DNA of 64,000 nucleotides from an uncultured delta proteobacterium (GCA_963805315.1 CAWDTQ010000010.1:154937-218936); one strand, 5' to 3'; shown: positions 1 to 11,686, counted from the first letter of the stretch. The notes: generated by a model from the sequence alone, not told the origin. Numbers and translations: made by a program.

Positions 1-1191
1 ATCGCGGCCCAGAAAGCCGCCGCCGTTTTCGGTGAGTCCTACCCGCGCGCCTTCGACCTGGCGCGCACCGCATCGCCCGCGCAGCTGATCGACGATTTCC
101 ACGATCTGCGCAATTCCAGTGGCGCCAATCGGATGGCCCTTCGACAGGAGTCCGCCGCTTGGATTGACGACGTGGACTCCGCCGAGATCCAGTGCTCCTC
201 TCGCGAGGAACTCAGGACCTTCGCCCTTGGCGCAGATTCCTAGTTCTTCGCATGCGATCAGTTCGGCCGGCGCGGCGGCGTCGTGGACCTCGAGCACGTT
301 TATATCCGACGGCCCGACGCCGGCGATTTCGTAAGCGCGCTTGGCCACCCGCTCGAGCGCGGTGGGTTCGTCGGGTGCACGATCGCGTCCTGAAAAAACT
401 ACGGACGCACGCACCTCGACCGGCGTCGCGATACCGAGCCGCTTCGCATACTTCTCCGACATGAGCACCGCCGCAGCCGCACCGTCTCCGATCGGCGAAC
501 ACATCAATACGGTCAACGGCGCAGAGACCTCGCGCGCGGCGAGGACCTGCTCGCGCGTGACGCGTTCGTGGAACTGTGCCTTGGGATTCAGCGCGCCGAA
601 GTCGTGGCTCTTCACGGCGATGTCGGCAAAGGTGCTCGCGGTCGCGCCGCTGATCTTCATGTACTCGCGGGTTGAAGCTGCGTAGATGTCCATGAAGAAC
701 GACTTCTTTTCGCCGCCCTCCTTTGCTTCCGGCTTCCGGTCGGCGGAGGCCATGCGGGCCTGGAGTTCGCGCATCTGCTCCAAATCCACGGCGGTGCCGA
801 TCGCCCGGAAAGTCAGGCCTTTATCGGGATGGGTCATCTTCTCGGCGCCGACGGCGAGCGTGACGTCGTAGAGTCCCGATTGAATGGCCATCCACGCGAG
901 GTGGAACGCCGACGACGCTGACGCGCACGCGTTTTCCACGTTGAACAGCGGGACGCCGAGGATCCCGGTGTTCCGCAGCGCGACCTGTCCCCGGATCATT
1001 TCCTGGCCGGTGATCAATCCCGAAATAGCGTTGGAAAAGAAAACTGCCTCAATCTCTTTCGGCCCGATGCCGGCGTCCTTGAGCGCATCTGCCACCGCTT
1101 CTTCGGCCAGCGAGCGAACGCCACGATCGGAATATTTGCCGAAGCGCGTCATCCCGACGCCGGCGACTGTCACACGTTCTCTGTTGGACAT
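1..1191 (-). CDS. Thiolase family protein (SCP2/lipid-transfer type), 3' end runs off the window
   Basis: Translated by hand from the ATG at 1191: MSNRERVTVAGVGMTRFGK...VENACASAS...EVHDAAAPAE...NPSGGLLSKGHPIGATG. Missing from the ORF track because there is no stop inside the window. Confidence 0.9.
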   Translation of the reverse strand, partial: MSNRERVTVAGVGMTRFGKYSDRGVRSLAEEAVADALKDAGIGPKEIEAVFFSNAISGLITGQEMIRGQVALRNTGILGVPLFNVENACASASSAFHLAWMAIQSGLYDVTLAVGAEKMTHPDKGLTFRAIGTAVDLEQMRELQARMASADRKPEAKEGGEKKSFFMDIYAASTREYMKISGATASTFADIAVKSHDFGALNPKAQFHERVTREQVLAAREVSAPLTVLMCSPIGDGAAAAVLMSEKYAKRLGIATPVEVRASVVFSGRDRAPDEPTALERVAKRAYEIAGVGPSDINVLEVHDAAAPAELIACEELGICAKGEGPEFLARGALDLGGVHVVNPSGGLLSKGHPIGATGIAQIVEIVDQLRGRCGARQVEGARVGLTENGGGFLGRD

Positions 1192-1205
1192 AGCGATTCT
1201 CCCTG

Positions 1206-2765
1206 TCAGGCGCGGGCCACGGTGATTCCGGCTTTTTCCCGATCCCACGCGTTGCCGATGCCGCGTTGTTTGAGCGCGGCGTATTGAATTCGTTGGGTGC
1301 CGGTTTTGGGAAGCTCGTCGACCACCTCGACGTATCGGGGGACTGCGTAGTAGGCCATTCGGTCGCGGCAAAACCCGATCAGTTCTTCGGGAGCGAAGCG
1401 CGCACCGTCGCGCAGAACGACCGCGACTTTGACTTCATCCTCGCCAAGCTCGGAGGGAACCGCGTAAGCGGCCGATTCGAGGACTGCGGGATGCTCATTG
1501 ATGACGGTTTCGATTTCCCACGCGGAAATGTTCTCACCGCGGCGCCGAATCGACGCCTTCTTGCGTCCGCTGAAATAGAAAAACCCGTCGTCGTCGGTCT
1601 TCGCGAGGTCGCCCGAATGAAACCATCCGCCTCGATACGCCTCGGCGGTTGCGTCGGGCAGTTTGTGATACTGGCTGAGCTGGCCTTTTGGATGGCGAAA
1701 GACCAGCTCACCAACTTTGCCGGCAGGGAGAGGATTGTCATTGTCATCGACGACTTTGAAATCCACTCCGCCGACTGGCTTGCCCATCGACCCGACCCGA
1801 CCGACGTCGTTGAGCAGGAGTCCCGGTGAATCCACCATCCCGTAGAACTCGACGATCTTTGCGCCGAAGCGCCGCTCGAATTCCTTCCACGCGCCTGGAG
1901 GGCATGCGGCCGAGAGCACGACGCGCACGTTGTGCTTTCGATCGTCGGGGCGTGGCGGCTGTTTGAGCAGGATAGAGAGCATCCCGCCGAGCGTGTTGAA
2001 TTCCACCGCGTCGAATTTGCGGCAGTCATCCCAGAACCGCGAAGCGCTGAAACGCTCGCCCAGCGCGAACTTCGCGTCGAGCGTCATCGAGCCGAACCCT
2101 GAGATCATCAGCGCGTTGCCGTGGAACAGCGGCAGCGCTGTGTACATCGTCTCGCCCGGCTTGACCCCGGTGGCGGCAAGGACGGCGGCAAGAGAGTAGC
2201 CATCTGACCCACTGGCGACGACGCCCTTCGGCGGTCCGGTGGTCCCGGACGTGTACATCATGCCGCCGCCGCCCGCGTGTTCGCCTACCTCCACATTCGG
2301 CTCGCGAGCGGAATGATCGAGCAGTCGCTCGAGGGTCCAGTCGACTCCACCTCCAGCCTTGCCGTCCGCGACCACCGCGCGCCTGAGATTCGGCACGGTG
2401 GCCTTGACCGCCATCACCGCTTCTTTGAGCGGCTCTTCAAAAATTACCGCGGTTGAATCCGAATCCGCGAGAATATGATGCAAGGTGGCGCCGCGCTGCG
2501 AAGTGTTCACCGGAACGCTGACGGCGCCGATGAATCCGATGGCGAAATGAAGCCAGATAAACTCCGGCCGGTTGCCCATCATGATCGCAACGCGATCTCC
2601 GGGCCGGATACCCAGTTCGAGCAAGCCGTTGGCGGCGCGTTGGATATTCTCGAGCACCTGTTGCCAGGTGAAACGCTGGTCCTTGAACTTGAGCCAGACC
2701 TCGCTCGGATGCTGCGCGACGCGATGCCTTATCAGTTGCTCGATCGGTCCCTGAAGACGCGCCAT
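1206..2765 (-). CDS. ATP-dependent acyl-CoA ligase (CaiC-like AMP-binding enzyme)
   Basis: 519 aa; YTSGTTGPPKG P-loop, GWFHSGD, RRRGENIS and LPKT motifs. Confidence 0.92.
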   Translation of the reverse strand: MARLQGPIEQLIRHRVAQHPSEVWLKFKDQRFTWQQVLENIQRAANGLLELGIRPGDRVAIMMGNRPEFIWLHFAIGFIGAVSVPVNTSQRGATLHHILADSDSTAVIFEEPLKEAVMAVKATVPNLRRAVVADGKAGGGVDWTLERLLDHSAREPNVEVGEHAGGGGMMYTSGTTGPPKGVVASGSDGYSLAAVLAATGVKPGETMYTALPLFHGNALMISGFGSMTLDAKFALGERFSASRFWDDCRKFDAVEFNTLGGMLSILLKQPPRPDDRKHNVRVVLSAACPPGAWKEFERRFGAKIVEFYGMVDSPGLLLNDVGRVGSMGKPVGGVDFKVVDDNDNPLPAGKVGELVFRHPKGQLSQYHKLPDATAEAYRGGWFHSGDLAKTDDDGFFYFSGRKKASIRRRGENISAWEIETVINEHPAVLESAAYAVPSELGEDEVKVAVVLRDGARFAPEELIGFCRDRMAYYAVPRYVEVVDELPKTGTQRIQYAALKQRGIGNAWDREKAGITVARA

Positions 2766-2793
2766 GTCGATCCCTCCGCGATTCCGGCGGCTG

Positions 2794-4057
2794 CTATGCC
2801 GCCGCGTGTGCGGTCACGCCGTTGTGACTCAGGATGTGGCGCGCACCCGCCAGGCTCAGGACATCCGTGGTGCCGTCCTCGATCAACGATGCGCGTGCGT
2901 CGCGGAAGAGTTTTTCGATTCCGTACTCCTTGCTGAGGCCGTTGCCGCCGAATACCTGGAGTGCGTCGCTGGTAACCTCGAATGCTTTCTCGGTGCAGAA
3001 TGTCTTGGCCGCGATCGCATGCTCGAGTGACGGCGTCGCCGAGGTCTGGTTGTAGGTCATCACGGCGCGTGACAGCGCGCGGCATGCCTCGACCTTCGTG
3101 AACATCTCGAACAGATGCTTCTGCACCAGTTGATGCTCGCAAATGGCCTGCCCGCCCTGGACGCGTTGCTTCGAGTATTCGAGCGCCTCCTCATATGCCG
3201 CGCGTGCCACGCCCGTGAATGCGGTTGCCATCGCAGAGTTGGCAAATGTGAGAGTTCGTTCGAGCTCGAGCTCGTAGCCGTTGCTGTTCGTCAGCATCCA
3301 GCTGCGCGGAATCCTCACGTTGTCGAAATAAATCTCGCCCTGGTTGAGCGCGCGCTGTCCGAGCTTGTTGAGCGGCTTGCCCTTGGACACGCCCGGCAGG
3401 TTGAGCGGAACGAACGCGATACCGCCGCCGGCCATGCCGGCCTTGCGCTCGGTCGTCAGATAGAGCGCCGCGTGAGTTGCGATCGTGCCGTTGGAGACCC
3501 ACGCCGCTTTCTGCCCGTTGATCACGAACGAGTCGCCGTCGGCGCGCGCGACGACCTGACCGGTAACGCGCGGATTGTGAAACTGCGGAGTGCCGGGCAC
3601 CAGTTCATCGGAGCCGTGCTGAGGCTCGGTGATCGCCCAGCATCCGATAAGAGCGCCTTCGCGATCGGCGAGATAAGGCTTGAACGAATTTTTCGTAGAG
3701 CTCCGGATTGCCGCTCGCGGCGGCGGCGGTAAACGGGAAGCTCGCGCAGAGCAGGCTCAGCCCAAGATCCACCGCGCCCCACGACATCTCCTCGATCAGC
3801 ACATGCATTCCGAGCCCATGCAGTCCCATGCCGCCGATTTCCGCGGGCAGGCCGGCGACGTGATACCCCAGTTGGTACGCCTGCTTGAAGACGCTTCTCA
3901 GCGGCGAATCGAGCGCGATTACCTCGCGCGGGTCGGTCATCCGGTCGAGCACCGCCGCAGCCGGGCGAAGGACGTCCTTTGCGAAGCGATGTACGCTTTC
4001 TTTGACGGACTCGATTTCCTTGGGGAGTTCGAGGTTCAGCTCATGATAGTTGTCCAT
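2794..4057 (-). CDS. Acyl-CoA dehydrogenase (frameshifted near 3600-3680)
   Basis: ORFs 3605..4057 and 2794..3600 join; INGQKAAWVSNG, R-x-Q-GG, ALQVFGGNG and EKLFRDAR..IEDGT motifs. Confidence 0.9.
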
Positions 4058-4115
4058 AATCTGCTCCGCATTGCCGGCTGGGTTGCCAGATGCGTTGCAT
4101 ACGTCATGCCCGCAA

Positions 4116-4129
4116 TGAACGATCGTTCA
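4116..4129. promoter_or_regulatory. Perfect 14-bp palindrome TGAACGATCGTTCA, putative TetR-type operator for the acyl-CoA operon
   Basis: Lies about 60 bp upstream of the ACAD start. Further palindromes are nearby: TCGGAT-gt-ATCCGA at 4148-4161 and TTTGT-g-ACAAA at about 4179-4189. Confidence 0.55.
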
Positions 4130-4258
4130 ATTGGGGTTTTCATCCGTTCGGATGTATCCGATCGCTACAGTGAATCGGTTTGTGACAAATCAAATTGCGC
4201 CACGCGTCAAGGCGAAACACGCGGCGGGTCTTTCAGGAAAGTAGCGATGCGGGCGCCG

Positions 4259-6137
4259 TCATAGCTTGGTGAAGCCGTCGGGGCTCCACTGTTCCGAGCC
4301 GACTCCATTATGGACGAAGAACAGCCCGTCCGGATCGTATTTTCGCTTGATTGCGGCGAGGCGATTGTAGTTGCTCCCCCAGTACGCTTGCTGAAAGTTT
4401 TTCTCGAAGTAATTGCTCTCGCTCACATAGGCTCCGGTTTCGCCTGCGACGGCGCGAAGTTGATTCACGCTTTGGTCAATCCGCTTCGCAGCTTCCCGGC
4501 CTTTCACAACCGAGGGCTCATGCCCGGGAATTCCCGGATATGCGGGGCCCTCGCCGTCGGCGACAATCGCCAACGCGAAGGCGGTCAGCACGGCGGGATT
4601 CGTTGCGGTGTCTGTCGCGCCGGCGATTGCGTCGGGTGGCGCTCCTGCAAGTCCCTTGTTGAAGTGTAGTCCGACCCATGCAATACCGGGAGCTCGCAAA
4701 CAACGCGTCGGCGAGACCCTGCTGCGCGTTTTCCTCGAGCAGCGACGCCGGCATCCACAGCGACTCGTACCCCCAGAGGAACTGTCCGACCTGATCCCCG
4801 TCGCCCTTCCACCAGACGTCATTGGGTCCCGCGCCAGGCCGCCGATCGACGACGAAAAGAGGCTCCCTCATCACAAATCCGAGGACATCGTCAAACAATC
4901 CGATCAGCGGGTTGCCATTCGAGGGAAAAGCGATTTCGGGTCCAATTTTCTCTCAGCCATTGCACGTCCCACATGCGTCGCGCCGGGAAGCTCGCGATTG
5001 TAACGAGTCCTTCAGTAGAACATCCGTGCGCCGAATCCTTCACCCAGTCGAGAAACGGCTGCCAGACCTGTTTCGCCTGCTCCGTGTCCAGTCCCTGAGA
5101 GACCATGTTGATGACGAGCTTGTTGTCCGGGTTCACGATGGGCCTGCTCTCCCCAATGGTCGTTGAAGAGGTGCTCGCGGTAGAAGCTCACGAACTCGCG
5201 GATCAGTCGCCGATAGGCGTCATCCGAGGCTGCTTTGATCTTGAAGCTGGCGACGCCGAAGAACTCGGGAAGATCGTGAACCCGCAGCGTCATCTTACTC
5301 ACCACGCCGAAGCTGCCGCCTCCGCCGCCCTTCAGCGCCCAGAACAGATCGGGGTTGGTGCATGCATTCGCGACGCGAATCTGGCCGTCGGCGGTGACTA
5401 CTTCAGCCTCGAGCAAACTGCCGGCTGCTGTGCCGTAGTGCTTCGAGAAACTTCCAAAGCCGCCGCTTTGAACCAGGCCCGCCCAGGCATACTGTTGTGC
5501 ATCCGCCTCCTTGAACGTATTTCCCGCCCTGGGTCGTAACCGCCTGATAGGCCTGCATCCCGATTGTTCCAGCGCCGAGCGTCACCGCCGCCTGCGGTTG
5601 CATAGCGTGCTCGCATCCTTGCGGAACAAATTCGGGATTCATCGCGATGTCGTGCATGTGCCGGGTCCAGATCAGAAGCGAATCGGGCGCGTTGGACGTG
5701 CCTTGATAGCTGTGGCCGCCGCCCTTGACCACGAGGCGCAAGTTATTTTCGCGCGCAAAGTTCACCGCCGCCGCAATGTCTTGGGCATTTCGAGCCGCGA
5801 CTGCGTAAACGCTCGGCTTGGTATCCCACGCGTCCACCCATCCCAAGGTCTGCGTGAGACCCGGCTGATCGCCGATGTAATACGGATTTCTCAGGTTCTC
5901 CGAGCAGAGCTTGGCGGCGGCGCCTGAAGGATCGGTTTTGAGTGCCGAAAGAGGAAAATCGACAGGAATCAAATTTCCGCCGACCGCATCATTGAGTTGC
6001 TTCCACGCCGACTGCGACGGCCATGCGGCATCGGAAGGGCGGCGCCGGCTGATATTCGTACTCGCCAGCAGGCGGCGCGGCAAAATCGGGATGAGCGCCG
6101 CCGTTCCGATTGCTTTCAAGAATGATCTTCGGTTCAT
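4259..6137 (-). CDS. Tat-exported FAD-binding oxidoreductase, berberine-bridge-enzyme like (multiple frameshifts)
   Basis: MNRRSFLK twin-arginine signal, VKGGGHSY FAD-binding motif, DLFWALKGGGGGSFGVV, and C-terminal YWGSNYNRLAAIKRKYDPDGLF (BBE). Split over about 5 ORFs. Confidence 0.85.
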
Positions 6138-6270
6138 TTACCCATACTGTCATCGCATTTTCGATCGACGATCAATGGCGCGCCTAGGCGAAAGCTCGGC
6201 GCGGGTCTATAAACAAAAAGACGCCAGGCAGTTGCTCGTGCGATGAACCCGCCCCGGAGGAGATTCACCA

Positions 6271-8029
6271 ATGGCGAAAATAGACGGCGGTGAGATGCTG
6301 GTGCGGACGCTCGAGCGCGAGGGCGTTCGCGAGATTTTCACGCTCCACGGCGGCCATCTCGATGCGATCTATGCGGCGTGCGGTGCACATGGCTTTCGCG
6401 TGATCGATACGCGTCACGAGCAGGCAGCGGCGCACATGGCTGACGGATGGGCGCGGACGACGGGACGTCCGGGCGTCGCTATCGTGACGGCGGGACCGGG
6501 CGTCACCGACGCGGTCACGGGAGTCGCCAACGCCTTCATGGATTCGATCCCGATGATTTTGATTGGCGGACGAAGCCCGCTCGCCGACGATGACAAACTG
6601 CCGCTGCAGGCGGTCGATCAGATGGGCATCTTGCGCCCGATCACCAAGTGGGCGCGCAGTGTGACGCATACCGAGCGGATTCCGGAGTACCTGGCGGCCG
6701 CGTTCCGCCATGCCACCTCGGGCCGGCCCGGGCCGGTGTTCCTGGAGCTGCCGATTGACGTGCTGTTCGCGCGCGTCGATGAGGAGCGAGTCGAGTTTCC
6801 CAAAGACTATCGGCCCAAGGAGCCTGCCGGTCCGGGCCGGGCCGCGCTCGCACAGGCGCTCACATGGCTGCGCGAGGCGAAGCGTCCGGCGATCCTTGCC
6901 GGTGGTGGAGTATGGTTCGCGCAAGCCGCGGCGGAGCTTACGCGCTTTGCCGAAATTACCAATACGCCGGTGATGACGAATTCCAAGGCGCGCGGCTCGA
7001 TCTCCGAGGAGCATCCGCTGTGCTTCGGCGGCTTCGGTGCAATTCATCCGGCGATCCATGCGAAAAGCGGGGCCGACCTGGTAATCCTGCTCGGCACGCG
7101 GATTGGGATGTTCACCGGCGGGCGCAACTCGGTGATTCCGGGTGACGCGCGCGTAATCCAAGTCGATATCGAGCCCGAGGAGATCGGGCGCAACCGGAAT
7201 ATTGAACTCGGAATCGTTTCCGATTGCGGCGAATTCCTGCGCCAGGCATGCGAAGCGGCGAACAGTGAAAAGGAAAAATTCGGTCGTCACGAGGAATGGC
7301 TCGAGCGGTTGAGCGCGGTCCGCAATGCGATGAGCCATCGCTTCGACGAGGCGATCAAAGACGGACCCGGCCCGATTCATCCGGCGCGGATGGTGCATGA
7401 GATCGCGAAGACTCTCAGTCCTGACGCGATCGTCGTCGCCGACGGCGGCGAGACCGCCGCGTGGATGTCGAACGCGTGGACGGCGCGCCATCCGGGGCGA
7501 TTTTTGACGCACGGCTATCTCGGATGCCTGGGAACCGGCCTCCCGTTCGCGCTCGCGTGCAAGGCGGCGCATCCCGACAAACAGGTTTTCTGCATCGTGG
7601 GCGATGGATCTGCGGGCCTCAACTTCTCGGAATTCCATACCGCCGCGAAGAACAACCTGCCCATCACCGTGGTAATCAACAACGACCAGCAATGGGGGAT
7701 GTCCGAAGCATGGGCAAGAGCTGATGTGGGGCAAAGGCCGCAGCATGGCCACCGAACTCGGCATGGTTCATTACGAGCGCGCGGCTGAGGGCCTCGGCGC
7801 GCAGGGTGAACTCATCGAGCGCGCGGCGGATATCGCGCCGGCGCTGAAGCGGGCGCTCGCCTCAGGACGGCCCGCGTGCCTCAACGTCGTCACGGACCGC
7901 GACGTGATCGAGCCGGGCACGCTGGCGATGTATAGCGCCGGCCTTGCCGGGCCGTCGAAGGAAAAACCGAAGCCGGATGCAGGCGGTGAAACTACCCTGC
8001 CCTACTACGGCAAGCGCAAACTTGATTGA
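6271..8029 (+). CDS. Thiamine diphosphate-dependent enzyme (acetolactate synthase/2-hydroxyacyl-CoA lyase family), frameshift near 7705
   Basis: RHEQAAAHMADGWAR and GDGSAG...NND ThDP motif; C-terminus in ORF 7724..8029. Confidence 0.88.
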
Positions 8030-8334
8030 TCAGGCAAAACCTTTGCCGGCCTGAGAAAGAAAGAGAGCGGCGCCACCAAATCCGAAATGTGAGCCGGAAG
8101 GCAGTTGACTCAAAAGAACAGCGGCCCTTTTGGAGTTGAACAGTTGTATCGAAAAGAACTCAGCTCTGGTCCCATCCGATACATATTCTCGAGGCGCGAT
8201 GAGACGTTTACCGATTTCACGAGCAGTTCGGAGCCGAAACTTCGCAAACAATTCATTTCGCAGCCCGGGACGATTGGTATGGTCCTTGCGTTAGATTCGA
8301 TAGGCGTTTTTAGGCATAAAAAAAGGAAAGGAAA

Positions 8335-9138
8335 ATGGACCGACAGAAAAACGCGACTCCCACCGACTTCGATCTTTTAACTCAGTTGAAACCCCTGTCG
8401 TTTCTGTCGCGAGTCGCATTGCACGAGCTCGCGATCGGACTCAATTCTGCAAACTTCAAAAGGGGCGCGCTTATCCTTCCTGAGGACGAGCTCGCGGACG
8501 GAGTCCATATCCTGCTAAGGGGTGTCGCGAAGATCACTTGCCTGAACCCGGCTGGCGAGCACGTAACCATAGCCTTGCTAGCGCCAGGTCCAATCCCCCA
8601 GTTTGTTTCTCTGCCAGGCGACCGACGGAATTTTCGATGCGAGGCTCAAAGCGATTGCAGGGTCGGCAGTGTGAGCTGGGACCAATTCGATGTCATCACC
8701 AGGGAAGCATCCAGATCCGATTTAAGAAAATTTCACGAAAACAATCTGACGCAATGGCATCGGTTCTTCGGCGGTAGCCTCGACCTTCGCGAGCGCCTTT
8801 TGTTTACCCTTCTTCAGTTGTGTTCAATCTTCGGCGTCAAAGACTCCCGCGGTACGCTCCTGCGAATCGTCCTAAGCCACAAGGACTTGGCTGGCCTGGT
8901 GGGCGCGACAAGGCCAAGAGTCACCGAGCATATCGCCGAGCTCGAGCGTGAGCATCTGCTAATTCGTCAAGGTCGGCAGATAATTGTCCGCCTGGATAAG
9001 CTCGAGAGTTCTATCGGTATCGCACCGCGTGAGACGAACGCTTCCCGCGCAAGAGCTGTGGTGCAACCGCGTTTGCCGAATGTAGGACACCTCTATGCTC
9101 CAAGTTTTTTCGCAGCGGCAGCCGTTGAAGGCCGCTAG
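8335..9138 (+). CDS. Crp/Fnr family transcriptional regulator
   Basis: cNMP-binding-like N-terminus and HTH LSHKDLAGLVGATRPRVTEH. Confidence 0.85.
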   Translation: MDRQKNATPTDFDLLTQLKPLSFLSRVALHELAIGLNSANFKRGALILPEDELADGVHILLRGVAKITCLNPAGEHVTIALLAPGPIPQFVSLPGDRRNFRCEAQSDCRVGSVSWDQFDVITREASRSDLRKFHENNLTQWHRFFGGSLDLRERLLFTLLQLCSIFGVKDSRGTLLRIVLSHKDLAGLVGATRPRVTEHIAELEREHLLIRQGRQIIVRLDKLESSIGIAPRETNASRARAVVQPRLPNVGHLYAPSFFAAAAVEGR

Positions 9139-9191
9139 GGCGTTATCCACCGGATCAATGCTAAAACGAACACGACTATCAGAGGAACCTT

Positions 9192-9371
9192 ATGAGCGGA
9201 ACAAGTGACAAAATCAAAGGCCGTGTGAAAGAAGCAGTTGGCGTCTTGACAGACGACACTCGTCTAAAGAAAGAGGGCAAGCTGGACCAAGCCACCGGCA
9301 AGATCAAAGAGGTCGTGGAGCGCGGGATCGACAAGGCCAAGACTGTTGTAAACAGGCGCGCGAAAAAATAG
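9192..9371 (+). CDS. csbD: CsbD family stress protein (59 aa)
   Basis: Translated by hand: MSGTSDKIKGRVKEAVGVLTDDTRLKKEGKLDQATGKIKE...; AGAGGA RBS. Below the ORF track size cutoff. Confidence 0.88.
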   Translation: MSGTSDKIKGRVKEAVGVLTDDTRLKKEGKLDQATGKIKEVVERGIDKAKTVVNRRAKK

Positions 9372-9463
9372 CGCGTGCTCAGTTACCGCAGTAACTAGAG
9401 AATCGGCAAGGCGATGCATGGGCGAACAGCAAGTTGGAGTCTTCGCCTAGTGGAGCAATACGG

Positions 9464-9694
9464 ATGAAATCGATCACATTGTTCGGAACACTGCTCGTGT
9501 TGTTGGGGATTTTGGGACTCGCGATTCCGGTATTCACGACCTCACAGACTAAGGACGTGGTAAAACTGGGCGACCTTAAAATCCAGAATACTGAGCAATC
9601 TACTCACGTGATTCCCCCGGCTGTGAGCGCTGGAGCGCTCTTACTGGGTGTGGTTTTTATCGGCGCAGGGCTTTACCAGAGATCGGGCAGTTAG
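9464..9694 (+). CDS. Small two-TM membrane protein (DUF3185-like)
   Basis: Two hydrophobic helices flanking TKDVVKLGDLKIQ; GGAG RBS. Confidence 0.7.
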   Translation: MKSITLFGTLLVLLGILGLAIPVFTTSQTKDVVKLGDLKIQNTEQSTHVIPPAVSAGALLLGVVFIGAGLYQRSGS

Positions 9695-9735
9695 ACCGCT
9701 TGTTGGTAGCAGACGAACTGAAATCAGAGGGCAAA

Positions 9736-10164
9736 ATGAAAATCCTGGCCAAAATGAAAAGAGGATCGATCAGTGATCGGACAGTCAGGATCTTTGGAGT
9801 GTTGCTCTTCGCAACTTTGGCGACTGGTTGTTACGACTCAGGCTACTACGGAAGTCCGGGCTACTACGGAAGTCCAGGCTACTACGGAAATTCGGGCTAC
9901 TATGCGAGTCCGGGTTACGGAGGGAATACCTACTACTCGAAAAACGTCTACCGGGGCTACGGCAGTTATCCGCAACCCGGCCTATTCGGCGGCTACGCAC
10001 CTGCTCACGAGGCTTGGGACGATAGCAGCCGGGGCAGGACCAGCTACAGCAGCGGAGGACACGGTGGCGCCGAAAGCAGCGAACATGGCGGCGCCAAGAG
10101 CAGTGGACACGGTGCCACGGGAGTCGGCGCGAGACATGACGGAGGCAGCGGTCATGGCCACTAA
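9736..10164 (+). CDS. Gly/Tyr-rich putative lipoprotein
   Basis: Lipobox-like LATGC, GYYGSP repeats, Gly/His-rich tail. Confidence 0.65.
   Translation: MKILAKMKRGSISDRTVRIFGVLLFATLATGCYDSGYYGSPGYYGSPGYYGNSGYYASPGYGGNTYYSKNVYRGYGSYPQPGLFGGYAPAHEAWDDSSRGRTSYSSGGHGGAESSEHGGAKSSGHGATGVGARHDGGSGHGH
9841..9912 (+). repeat. 4 x 18-bp coding tandem repeat (GGCTACTACGGAAGTCCG-like)
   Basis: Encodes GYYGSP/GYYGSP/GYYGNS/GYYASP. Confidence 0.9.
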
Positions 10165-10186
10165 TCTTCGACGTCGGGGAAAAGCA

Positions 10187-11177
10187 ATGCGTCACACAAT
10201 AGATGGCAATCGAAAAATCATGACGGGTTGGCAAGCTTTCTGGGTCTTGTCTGTATGTCTCATACTTGGCCTTGGCAGCAGCAACGCGGCCTTGGCACAA
10301 CAGCCGGGCCAGAAGACTTTCAGTTCGGCGGCAGAGGCGACCGACGCCTTCGCTGGAGCCATACAGAATCACGACGAGGCAGCGATGCTGGCGATCCTGG
10401 GCCCATCCGGCCAGGACCTGATTTCGTCCGGCGATCCGGTCGCCGACAGGAACAAACAGGATTCCTTTACCGCCCAGTATCATGCGTCGCATCAGTTTGC
10501 TGCTGCCGGCGACGGACGAACCTTCCTCTACATAGGCAGCGAGAATTGGCCGACTCCGATACCGCTGCGGCAAAACGGATCTCAGTGGTACTTTGACACC
10601 GACTACGGTAAGCAGGAAATTTTATATCGACGGATCGGCGCCAACGAGTTGGACGTGATCAAAGTCTGTGGTGCAATCGCCGATGCGCAGCGGGACTATT
10701 ACTCAACGCTGCACGACGGCGCGTCGGAGCATCAATACGCGCAGAAGTTCCATAGCACGGCAGGGACGCAGGACGGCTTATACTGGGACGTCAAGGCAGG
10801 CGCGCAGCCGGAAAGTCCTTTGGGTCCCCTGGTCGCTGAAGCGGCTTACGAAGGCTATCAACACCACACCAACGGCCAGCCGCATCCCTTTCACGGCTAC
10901 GTTTACCGCATACTAACCAGTCAAGGAGCCAACGCGCCCGGTGGCGCGCGAAACTATATCGTCAATGGCAAGATGACCGGAGGATTTGCGCTGGTTGCCT
11001 ATCCTGTTAGCTATCGCGCGTCAGGAGTGATGACCTTCGTTGTCAATCAGGACGGTCAGGTCTATCAAAAGGACCTAGGGTGTTAATACCGACCAGATAG
11101 CCAGCGCGATGATGTCGTACGATCCGGATGCGACGTGGCAAGCAGCGACCAAAGCGACCGTCGCGGCGCAAAAGTAG
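10187..11177 (+). CDS. DUF2950 family secreted protein (apparent frameshift near 11080)
   Basis: Signal peptide; WPTPIPL, RRIGANEL, DGLYW, PFHGYVYRIL, SGVMTFVV and YQKDLG motifs. The shifted frame continues as NTDQIASAMMSYDPDATW to the TAG at 11177. Confidence 0.85.
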
Positions 11178-11236
11178 GACGAGGATCGCATCCGCGCATC
11201 TGAGAGCAGTAATCCGGTCAAGGAGGCAGATAATTC

Positions 11237-11686
11237 ATGCCTTGCGATACACGTCTCTTGACCTTTAACGAAATGCTGAGGCTTGCGACGCAACGACAGG
11301 CAGCAAGCTGCGAGCATTTGACAAAACGCCGAGCGCAGATTGAAAGAGCAAAGGCTGACGTTCAGGCAGCGCAAAAGCGCCTGGACCGAGCCATCTTTCA
11401 CGAAACTCAAGCTCGTAAGGCATATATCGATTGGCTGAATTATCTGAATGCTCTTGCAGGCAATGGCTCTCCGCTGATGCGGGAAAAATTGACCGGCCTC
11501 CATAGCGCGAATGCGCAAGCAGTTCTGGAAACGCTGTCATCGCGCGAGACTGTCAGCCGGTTTCAAAAAGCAGTGAATGAAGCAATCGCCGACTTTACCT
11601 TTGCTCAGAATGAGCAAAGGAAGATCGCAGAAGAGAGGAACCTCATCACAAGTGAAATCGCAAAATTGAGCGTCCTGAGCCGGTGA
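11237..11686 (+). CDS. Hypothetical helical/coiled-coil protein
   Basis: 149 aa ORF with AGGAGG RBS; no family recognised. Confidence 0.55.
   Translation: MPCDTRLLTFNEMLRLATQRQAASCEHLTKRRAQIERAKADVQAAQKRLDRAIFHETQARKAYIDWLNYLNALAGNGSPLMREKLTGLHSANAQAVLETLSSRETVSRFQKAVNEAIADFTFAQNEQRKIAEERNLITSEIAKLSVLSR

Noticed and set aside
6265-7764. Long antisense ORFs (also 15618..17393, 21870..23405, 42618..43655, 59044..60366)
   Set aside because: They are shadows of well-supported genes in GC-rich DNA and show no motifs.
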